Shown piece after piece: positions 1-11,217 of a stretch of DNA of 64,000 nucleotides. Each line of letters opens with the position of its first letter. Position 1 is the first letter of the stretch. Location: assembly GCA_051362555.1 (NCBI GenBank), contig CM120640.1, positions 17,236,001 through 17,300,000 of the forward strand. The letters run 5' to 3'. Origin of the DNA: Lingula anatina (lineage: Eukaryota; Animalia; Brachiopoda). The notes under the pieces were generated by a model, which did not search any database, was not told the origin of the DNA, and saw only the letters and a program-made list of their open reading frames with translations. A program made the position numbers and the translations under genes.

Positions 1-1088
1 AAGGAGCATCTTTAAATATGTTGAAATTGTCTCCTCAGGTTAGCTGCAAAATGATTTCTACTTTGTCTCTTTCAGTAGTCACGTAACTTCCAACTTCCAT
101 CTACTTGTTTTCACAGTCTTGTATTGTTAACTTTATCTTATCTTACCATGCAGACACGTTTCACTTACTTCTTGCAACAAACTTTAATCCAAAATGGTTA
201 AAACGTCTTTTTAAATACGGGCATATCTTCATGTGGCGGGTAGCCATTTAACAAATTTAGTGACTGTAAGATACGGATAACATTGCGTTATCATGTCATC
301 GGACGTTTAACATTGGAATTAACGTGTACACACATAAGATTGTCCATCATCTTTTGTAACACTTACTATATAAGAATGTTTGCATTTGGTGCCATCCTAG
401 GCCGAAACTTCCTGTGCCCCGCTTTAAGACAATTGCATGTTATTTAACAGCTTGATTGTTGTTGTTGTGTGCTGTGATGCATAAGACATAGGCCTACTAC
501 ACCATCTTTAGTTGATGTGCATTTTTTCATTTAAGTGTGATTTCTATTATTTATAGCAAAGGTCGCATTCCTAACGGCAAGTTAACCAAGGAGAAGCGAA
601 GGCCACTTTTATTTAAAAACAGGCATGCTGAATTTAAAAATGAGTAAGCAATCGTACTTTGGGGGAAAACAGATTTCTCGCATACCTGCATTGCATAGTA
701 CTTTACGCACGGCACAACTATAATTAACTGATACAATGTTGTCTACACTAACATATTCTAGTTGAAAATTGTTTGTGGGACTCGTCCAACTCACAACTTA
801 TAATTACCCATTTGACTAACGGTAATTTTTTCCTTTTTTTCTCAGTAAAGACTAACATTGAACCAAACTAGTTTTTTTAAATTTTCAACTAACCTTGATA
901 TTTCACTATTCTTTGAGATGTTACTTTCTCGTGTCTTTATACCTTTAACTAACCATTCTATTGTATTTTCTTTACAAAATGTATTTCCAGTTTTGAATTA
1001 ACTAACTATCGTTGCACTTTACAAAATTTTTGTTGGTTTGTGTTTTTTTTTTTTTTCATATTTTCAATTTTCTCACCTATTTTCCAGC

Positions 1089-1960
1089 CTAGACCCTATT
1101 GTAGCATCTCCACCCACTAATCCCAAGTTTTCGCGACTGGAGGAGATGGACTTTTTGAAAGAGACGGATATTATATCCTCCGACCAGGGATCATCAGATG
1201 ATGAAAGCTGAGATTTCCAAACAAGGTAATTTCTGAACAAAATTTGAATTATTTATATGTTGATATTATAATGCTTGTATTCAATATTTGATTTTAAAAG
1301 CTTAATCAATTATGTCATACAGTATCTTTGGATACAATACATTCAGTTTTACACAGTTCACACATCTTATTTTAGAGGATATCGAAATATCGTAATGTCC
1401 TGTACTTCATAGCGAACATTATGACACCATCGCCATTGTCGCACATAAACTCCTCAGTTTGTTGACCAAAGAAAATGGCCGGGGATTGTATTACATGTAC
1501 ATGTAGTAGAATTATGACATGTATGAACAGTCCACTCGTGCATTTAGGAATTAATTTAGATTGCAGTCTAAAAAATAACCCTAATGTTTCATTTTTTACA
1601 TTCATTTACAAACTTAATCACGTTCGATTTGATTTCCAGATGTAGGCCTACACATGGACATTTTGACTTCACCAGTTCTAAAAAATATATAATTCTGCAA
1701 CATCTACGAGATCAGGGAGCGTATTGGTCAGTACAGTCGGAAGACATCTCTTGCCAAGCTGGCATACTGGATAACAATTCATTCGTAGACCTTGAGTACT
1801 GGAGTATCCATAAAACATTTGCTATGGTTACTTATATTTAAATATTAATGAGACAATTTTGATCTGCCTTACGGCCTAAGAAGAAAGCAGGCCTGCAACT
1901 CACGATGTAGAATCGAAGGTTGAAGAGGTGCTCGTACCTACAATGTAACTCCCGGTGAAC
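1089..1960 (+). pseudogene. Decayed spliced coding remnant, possibly a DUF4806-like transposon accessory gene
   Basis: Exon-like block 1089-1225 (ttttccag acceptor, AG|gtaatt donor) reads LDPIVASPPTNPKFSRLEEMDFLKETDIISSDQGSSDDES*. A second block from acceptor tttccag at about 1640 gives, across frameshifts, ILQHLRDQG..SVLVSTVGR..LAKL..KTFA..LNINETIL..ALR..ATHDVESKVEEVL, which resembles the DUF4806 pattern from memory. Stops and frameshifts are present. Confidence 0.3.
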
Positions 1961-4230
1961 ATCTGTTGAGATGCGCTGGTTGACAGAAGACAAAACCAGT
2001 GTTACCATGCACAAGCGATTTATAAAAAATATGATCATACATGTGTATTATCAATCATACGCATAAGAGCCGGGGAGGGCACGGGGTCTTAGCCCCCCCC
2101 CCCTCCCACATTTTTGTATCCGCCTCAGTCATACGCACAAGAAGTATTCGAATTAACCTTTACTAGTGCCGCAGATAAATTAACATCTCTTTGCTCCAAC
2201 GTAGACAAATGTGCCATGTATTATCCAGAGACATATATCTGTGAATATCTAGCGAAAAATCAATCTGTAGCCTTGGTAGAGGATATGTACATGTACGAAG
2301 TGGGTAGTTTATCTTCTTGTTTGTACATTCTCTAGTGTCACAGACAAAATGAAATTCGGTCAAGCATCCAAGTGTTTGTGCTGCATTTTACTGTATATTC
2401 ACGTGACGTTATCCATTTTCATGAAAAAATTTGCTTCATACGTGTCTGATATAAACAAGTTAACTATTTTTAAAGTGTTAATGTTAGTTGATGGAAGACA
2501 TTATGCAGTGTTCTGTTGATTTCGTTTTAGGAATTACTTGGTAATTTAGAAATTACTACTAGGAGTACAAGTATCTATGAGAACTATAGTTTTGTAGTTG
2601 TACTATTATAAAAATAAAACAAAGCCTTGGGTAACATGCGTGGACATCACAATAAACTGAGATCTATTTATGTTTTATTTTCGTATGGAGCACATATGGT
2701 TTCATATGTATATGATATTGGAATATTATTAAAGGTGACCATTTAGACAAATGCGATTGGCGTTTGATGCTCGTCTTCGATTTTTAAGAATCAAATTTGA
2801 TCGGCGAATGAAATTAATCTGGACATGAATATGCAGTAAATTGGAATGGTATAGGCTAAAAGAACATTAAAATGTAAGTCGCAAGATAATGAAAACAAAG
2901 TGTAACAAAGTAAATGTTAATTCTCTGGAATGCTTAGAAAACCTACGCCAGCATGTTTAACTGCATTGTGCCAGTTTTGAGTGAAAGACAAAATAAATGT
3001 CTTTTTTATTCGAAAAGTGGCATGCCTGCACATAAACCGGATGGTAACTTTACATCGAGGCTTTCGCACGGAGAGTTGGATACCTGTATATTATTATGTA
3101 AATTTAAATCAGGTGAGCATTTGGTGAGAGGTGTTCAGACCGGACCTAGGTCAGTAGGAGATGAAGAAGATAGTAAACCCATGATACTTCGCCAAAATCA
3201 CATGTAGGTGGAAAATTTGACACCGAAAACGGCAAGAATTTGCTGTAAACTAGATGATGTAGGATAAGTACCGAGAAACGGCAGTCGCACTTTATACATG
3301 AAGATTTTTTTAAATGTCACTTGCAATGGTTTGGAGTCGGACTAGTGTAGAAACATGTGTTGTACATGTAAATGGAGCAAATTTGGAAAAAAAAAAAACG
3401 TTTAAAAAGGAAAAAGGATATAACGTCACTGCCGCATAATGGCCATGTGCACATTTTACTCAATCTAAATTAACTGCTTTATCAAATATTTATACATCGC
3501 TTCCTAAATGTGAATTTTTCTTCGTTTAATTTCAGTGACTCTTAACTGCCGTTCGCGACGATATAAGATGCGTCTTCCATCAAAGATGTCAGATCCCTAT
3601 TCGACGACGCCCGTATTCATGCCCAAATTCTCTCTCTTGTTGAAGTTTGTCGTCTACATATAGACTATGTATTTAATATGCAGGGTCGACCTTTTATATG
3701 GAATGTGATGTTTGCGTTGGGCTGTTTAGTTATATTCTGTATCAAAATGAGTATCAATCAAAACGTTGCACATAACTATCATTTCATTCACAAAATTTTT
3801 GATCTGATTCAAGGAGAAAAAAGAAATAGACTAGATCTTTATACTTAACATCAACCCTGTATGTTAAATAGTACATTTGTTTGCTGATTAGTTAGTTTTA
3901 GTAATTTATCGGTAGCTCAAAGGGACATCAACTGTTGGTATGATATCCATATTTCATAATAAATACATTGTAAACAACTCATAGAAAACGGTAGTAAACG
4001 TGATTATTCTTGAATTTTTGCTTGCCGTCATATCATGTGACCTTCATAGATGGCTACACTCAGTAATAATCTCTTAAGAGAATATTACAAAAAAACAAAC
4101 TTCTTAGAAAAAAAAACAAGTCCTAATTTTGAATGTCGGAATGAATTCATTAACCATTGGTAAATATGGGAAAATTGTCCTTTACCTTAGGAAAATCCAT
4201 TTTTTGGCCAAAATGAACAGTTGTTATCCC

Positions 4231-4519
4231 TTTATTTTGAAAGTTGACCTTCGGCAGAAAAAAAAACTCGTTTTCATTGCGTTAACTGCCTATCAGAAAC
4301 TTTTTTTCCAGACACGTAGGCCTACGTATATATTGTATGTTCACCAGATGTTATAACCTGACAACACTGTAATCCAAATTATAATTTTCTCGAAATTATA
4401 ACATTTTGAAACTTGCAAAAATGCGCTTTCGGTATTACAGAATTGCCCACTGAAACGTATTTTTTCAAATTGTAATTACGAGTTTTTTTTATCTCCCGAA
4501 GGTCAACTTTCAAAATAAA
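4231..4519. mobile_element. MITE-like element with ~41-bp inverted repeats
   Basis: 4231-4271 tttattttgaaagttgaccttcggcagaaaaaaaaactcgt is the near-exact reverse complement of 4478-4519 acgagttttttttatctcccgaaggtcaactttcaaaataaa. Outer boundaries are uncertain. Confidence 0.55.
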
Positions 4520-6880
4520 TATTTTGATTTTATTCAAAATAAATAGAAAATGCATCTACAGGTATACAGCAAAGAGCCTAGTTGCAGATTTGCCCACAGA
4601 AGTTAAATGTCAAGTAAAAAAAGAAGTCTTACTGGCACAGTTCTCTACCTAAACATCACTAAGTGATAAGTTTAGAACAGCTGCTTAATTATTTTCATCT
4701 TCATTACCATAAGAAATCCATCAGCAGATATATTAAAATACCTTTTGCAAAAAAAAAAAAAAAAAAAAAGCCTTTTACACTACTACAAGACGAACATGAA
4801 ATTTCAAGTCGAGTCTTTGGCTCAGCAGGCTCCACATCTAAACGGCAAACTAGAGACCAACAATTCGAGGCGAGCTGAGAGAGCAGATACATGTATACGT
4901 TTTACAAATTTCAAACAGTGTATATTATATGCATATGTTTATTATTGTACGGTGGCATTAGAGCATATTACATTCAAGATCGAGCAATACCGAAATCTAG
5001 TAATTAGTCTGAAAAATTGCATAGATTCGTCCTTCTTGTGAGAACAATTTCAACAGCAACAGCCAATCAAAATTCGCCATACCTGGTGTAATTTACATAA
5101 TAATAAGGCGTTCAGCGCAGTGTGAGCTATCATCCAGATCAGTCACTTTACAGCTGGGCCGTGTAAGAAGAGGACGCAGGATAGGTGTGGTGAAGTTGCA
5201 AGGCCGAATATTTCATTCATTGGAACAAATGGCGTTCGATCAAGAAGGGAAACACGTAAAGTTTATTTTGCATAACTCGATAGTTTTAGACCAGTGCATG
5301 GCTGTCGCCTACGTCATTAGCACACGAGTACTTTTCCGGTTTTGTGAGTTTCATACAACTTGTAAGAGTTTGTCAGAAGCATGTATTAATTCGGAATTTT
5401 AATGGACACTGTGTCGTTTATAATGATCGAGATGTTCTTTATGCTAAAGACGTTTCTTACAATTTTTCCGTATTTCTTCCAGTTCAAATTACCAAGAAGT
5501 AATATCCTTATATTTTCACACGGCCTTGACTACTTGTTAGTCTGGGTGTTTCACTGGATTTTGAAAAAGCTGTCATATAATATATCATTTTTGGTGTCCA
5601 GATTCAGCAAAATTACAACCGATTTACTGTGCGTACCTGTAAATTTGACACCTGGAAATTTTTTTTAGTATTTTCGAAACAATTCTTGTTGATCTATCAT
5701 GCAGTAAGAACAGTATAAACTGGACTGTGGAAAATCTCGCTTGATGTAGGATGTGTTCCGATTTTTACATGTCCGTCTTTTGCATGTTGTACAAGAGTGC
5801 TGTTGTGTCGTTCATTATTAGATTTGGTAATTGTTCACGAGAAAACTAAATTATGCATTATGTCATTTTCTTTCTATGAACTCTTTACTCAGTAATATAT
5901 TCTGTTCCTTGACGGAATTATTCGTAGTCGTTTTAAAACTTTACTTTGAGAACGCTTTCCAATAATACTGTCGTGTTTTTCCATGTCATTCTCGTAGTGT
6001 AATAGAAATAGTTGTACAACATCCATTGAAATTTGTGAAATATCGGAGAATATTTGATCTTGAACTACATGTCTCTTCCATTATCATTTTACCCAAGCTA
6101 AGTTTAAATGACATGGGGATATTTAATTATGTCAATGACATGTGTTATTTTCATATTTCAGATCACTGCTATTTCCTTTGCCAAGATACGACTGATAGAA
6201 GCTGCCCTAGTCTTCCTTTTTTTTTTTTTTTTTTTTTTGGAACAAGACACGGACTGGCACATGCAAAAGTTACATGTTGACAATCGGTCATGATTTTCAA
6301 AATGATAGCTTTCTATTAAAATTTCTACATACTGAAATGGCGCACTAAGATTTATCGCGCTTCATTTTCCTTAAAATCAGACATCGATTATTTTAATTAT
6401 CATATTATACCGTAAGGATTGATTGATATAAATAATAAAAAAAAATATATTTATAAGATAAAGCTTTAATTTGATTTCCACTTGACCGGTCAGTTTCTAT
6501 TCAATTTTCTTACGTCATGCCATAGTTTCATAATTTAAAGCTATAGTACAATATGAAAAGCCATAATATAATCTTAAAGTGCTTACATATCACAACTTTC
6601 AGATTTTAAGGTAAAGTTGCATTTTCACCAGATAGCAAGTTGAAATTCGAGTACGATTATTTATTATAATTTACTACTGTATTATTCGTTATTACGATGT
6701 ACATTGAAGAAGAAAATTTAATTTTATCATTTGTAACTGTACTCTGACATTTGTGAACGACAATCATTTTTGCCTGAATAAATACGCTTTTTTAAGGGCG
6801 TTTTCAGTTTAATCTAATAGATACAGAAGCAAAAGTAGTAGTATTGATATACTCGGGATTTTAAGAAAAGATTTGGAACG

Positions 6881-7440
6881 TGACAGGTTGGGTGAGTCCA
6901 TTTGCTTTTGAGGGTCTAGTCCTTTTGATTAAAAGGGGTGACGGGTGGGTCGAGTACATTGTTTTCGGGGGGTGACAGCTGGAGAGAGTCCATTGTGTTT
7001 TTGAGGGGTGACAGGTGGGAATAGTCCATTCAATTTAAGGGGTGATAGGTGGGACGAGTTCATTCAAATTTAAGGGGTGACAGGATGGAAGAGTCCATTC
7101 AATTTTAAGGGGTGATAGGTGGGGATAGTCTATTTTGTTTTTGAGGGGTGACAGGTTGGACGAGTTCATTCACTTTAAGGGACGACAAGTGGGAAGAGTC
7201 CATTTTGGTTTTGAGGGGTGACAGGTGGGAAGAGTCCATTTTGGTTTTGAGGGGTGAGAGGTAGGGAGAGTAAATTCAAATTTAAGGGGTGACAGGTAGG
7301 AAGAGTCCATTCAATTTTAAGGGGTGATAGGTGGGAAGAGTCTATTTTGTTTTTGAGGGGTGACAGGTGGGACGAGTTCATTCAAATTTTAGGGGTGACA
7401 GGTGGGGCCAGTCAATTACATTTTAGGGGTACCAAGTGAG
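6881..7440 (+). repeat. G-rich minisatellite, ~36-bp unit, ~15 copies
   Basis: Recurrent unit ggggtgacaggtgggaagagtccatt(ttggttttga/caattttaa). Spacing is 36 bp between 7213 and 7249. Confidence 0.95.
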
Positions 7441-8558
7441 ACGATGAAAGCTTGTAATAGCATTTACTGCATAGGACCACTTGTGATTCAAATTGGTTTG
7501 CAAATACATGAAGGAATTGGTAATAATTGGAACATTATTTTGAATAGACCAAGCAAAATGCATGCAAATAAATTCTAAAAAATAGGACTTGGAGGCATAT
7601 AATCAGGTCTATATCATGAAAAGAAAGCGATCCAATTCCTTTTACATCCAATGTCATTTACTAAAAAGCAACAGAATCTTTATCTCTTGATCATTTTATT
7701 CCGATTTGTAATTGCATTATATATACATAAAAAGCTATGAATTACATTATGAAATGTGAGGAAATGATAATCCCGCGGGTGAATAAATTTCTTTTAAAGT
7801 ACATTGAAAACATCATGACATGGAACAAAATTTAGAAACAAAATTTAACTTCAAAAAGCTGGTTTGTAATTACACTTTATAAATGTGTGTTTATAGAAAA
7901 TCTTTTGGTTCACCAACAGCCTTGCAGCAGACTTAAGATTTTTAAGTACTCAAATATTATCGTTTTTCAATACAATGTACGTGTGCAAAGCTTTTAAACC
8001 ATTTCACTTTCAAATATTTTCACGTACCACAGCAAATCGTCAAAGCAATACCAAGGGCAATAGTTACAGATTAAATTATGTAGATTGAATTTGAAACTGC
8101 TGAAACGGTTATTACATTTATATCTTTATACTCCTTTTCTATCTATTACTATTATCATTATCATAATTTTTCATATCAAAATATTAAAAATCCCAGACAA
8201 ATATATTTATTCAATTACCATAAAATAAATGCCTGAATAGGCGTTCATGTAGAGTTCCTGAATCTGAACCAAAGGTAAGGCTTCTACCAGGCGCATGTTG
8301 AACTGTACCTCGGTGGGTTTCTGAAATGAGAAAATTAATTTTAGCAATTTTGAATTAAACTGACAGGCACTTAAATTGCTACTAATTAATTAAATGATAT
8401 ATTACACCGGATAGAGTGATTTAAGCTCGCATTGGCTTGTCCATAAAATAGCCAAGCAGGAAATAAGTCAAGGCTGTCTTATGTTTAACATGATCCAAAA
8501 TGAATGAATAATATACTTAGAGAATACTCCTAGAATGCAGACCATCAAGTAAATGGTA

Positions 8559-8590
<32 letters not shown>

Positions 8591-9384
8591 AAATACGAGG
8601 ACACCCAGATTGTCGAAATTGTAATAATTTCTTTCCCATCTGAATATCTGTGCGTCTTGAAAATTTTCATCAAAATATGCAGAAGACATCAAGAAATGTC
8701 TTGCTTAAAAATCATATGAAAAGACAACCCAATTCTTGTTAGCGCTATGCACCACGCCTTTGGAATTCAGGGCAGAAAACACCAAATAAATTCCCATTGA
8801 CAACCATGCTAAGAAATGCCTGCATAACTGCATGAACAAAATTTAATGAAACATTTCATAACACCATGGACAGCAGACATACTGACATAACCCCCAATGA
8901 CACAAAGATATACTGTTGAAAAGTACTTGATCGTGTTTGAAAACAAACTACTGCACCGCTCACAGTCAGTAGCTCGCTCCGCCAGAGATTCCACACTGGA
9001 CGACACCTGTGCCTGCTCCTGAAAAAATATGCATAGTTTACACCTTAGCCTGCTAGTTGACACCAGAGTAAACCCTAGCAAAACACACAAAAAATGTCAG
9101 GAAAAAAATAGGAAAAAAACACTAATTTTTCTCACAGCACTTTATTTGTAATTGGTCTATTTGGTGGAATATGCCATGAAGAAAACGCTTTACACCCAAA
9201 CTCAATATAGAGGTGCATTTCACACGCTGAAGTGTCCAAAACTAAATTGAATAAATTCAAAGTTGTATTGAATTTCTTAAGATATATATGTGCATAGAAC
9301 AAAATTCCACCGCTGTCTCTATTTTAATTTAATTTTTAATTTTTACCATGTCTACACATTATGTAAAGAGCCCTAAATTGTAAC

Positions 9385-9653
9385 CAGTGGCGGATTTACA
9401 GGGTGTTAGGGGGTTCCTGACCCCCCTCCCCCTTCGGTTTCTGAAAAATATATCACACCAATATTCCCCTCTTGAAATAAAAATTTTGACTAGCTAAATC
9501 ACAGTTCTAAACCGTATCAAAGGGCACTGTTTGCTCTCGTAACACCAAAAAAATTTTGGGTTCCTTGAGCAGGCCAAGGGGGCGACGGTCAGCTTCGAAT
9601 TCGAGATCTGTCGTTCCGACCCCCCCCTTCAAATAATCCTGGATCCGCCCCTG
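9385..9653. mobile_element. MITE with CAGGGGCGGATCCA-type terminal inverted repeats
   Basis: Left end cagtggcggattta, right end tggatccgcccctg, with internal poly-G/poly-C tracts and no coding capacity. TSD is not clear. Confidence 0.7.
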
Positions 9654-9769
9654 TAGGGAAATATAAATATTTTAATTTAGAAATGGAATTGCATTACTAT
9701 ACCTACATTAGTCGTCTTTAAATATCACCAATCACCCACTAAATACCAATATGGTATATGATTTTAAAT

Positions 9770-9963
9770 GGGTCATTCCCTAACATTAACTTTTTTTACT
9801 ATTTCTCACGTTCAACTTTTATTGCCATTACTGTTTAATCCAAGAGAGTTCAAAATAGTTTTCATAGGATACAATTGCATTTTTCGTTTTCACGGGGACG
9901 CGTTGAGATGAAGCAATAGAAGAAGCAAAATGTAACACGGGAAAAAATGTAGAGGAATGACCA
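9770..9963. mobile_element. Small MITE with ggtcattcc termini
   Basis: ggtcattccctaacatt (9771) versus aatgtagaggaatgacc (to 9962, revcomp ggtcattcctctacatt). Flanked by AT on both sides (possible 2-bp TSD). Confidence 0.55.
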
Positions 9964-11217
9964 ATCAGAAATCCACTTTTAAGAGTGCAGGCTAAATTCT
10001 AAATAGATTCAGTCATGAATCACAAACATATTACCATCAAATGCCTTATATTATTGATGCCTCCATTATGGTTAACTACTTAAAGCGTTACGTTGAAGCT
10101 GAAACGCTACGTTGAAATTGAAATATCCATACTTAGTATCTAGACCGCCTTGCGCCCTCTCTATACATCCATCATGACTGAAGAAGTGACATCCCTTTCT
10201 GGTGTATGGGTTCAGTGCATTAGATTCATTGGGAGGTGGGGAGGAGGCAGGATGAAGTGAGCGCCTTTCCTACTCAACAGTAAGTATTATCTGATATGAG
10301 AAACTCGATTTACAATTTACTAAAATAAAATTACATAGGACGCATTTCGTTAGACATTTTTCAAAATATATCAGAGAAGAAAAATGAATCTCAAACCCCA
10401 ATCCACCCATAAATGAAACAACACCATGTAGGCCACTGGCTATCCTGCATGCTTTTATGTAAACAGTTTTCACCAAATTTTGACAAATGAAGCCGTACCA
10501 TAGCGCCATCTGGGGGGAGACAAATGGTTGTCTCTACTGCAATCGGTATCTTAGCAGATAGTTTTTGATATATAATTCTACGGGCATGAAATGGTTATAT
10601 TTATGTTTGAACATTTTTATCTCACAATGACAAATAAACAAATATACATGCGCATAATTATCTTAAATTTCTTTTTCACGTGTAGTGCTGACCAAATATT
10701 TTAGATGCATATTACCCCAGTGTAATGTAAGGAAGTTATTTACTTTAAATCAAAAATGGTACATGGCCAATCAATTATAATAGACAATCAGTTATTAGTG
10801 AAAAGAATTTATTTTAACTTTTATTTCTTTTCCCCTTAAGTCCATCTTGTAAAGACAACTGATAAACCATACCATGGTACCTGCATGTACAAATAACATA
10901 CAATGTTCTTTTCTTAACCAAGCCAACCAACCAACAGTATCTTTTAAACAAAAGCACAAAAAATTCAAGGATCCAGAGTACGCTCATCTAAATTATAAAA
11001 GAAAGACAAGCAAATTTTTTTACACCTTGATTAACAATTTGTCATTTACAAAAATTGTAGGTGGATAAAGACTTAAAATAACCATAACCCTTACCCAAGG
11101 TATTTTTGCCCAATCATTAGACCTTACGTACTATTTTTTTTTTCTGAAGCTCCAGTACATTAAAACTGCTTTGTAACAGCCAAATTGCTACAATCCAAAT
11201 TCATAATACAAAGGCAA

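Noticed and set aside
7175-7381. ORF in the minisatellite
   Set aside because: Product of the 36-bp repeat with no coding evidence.
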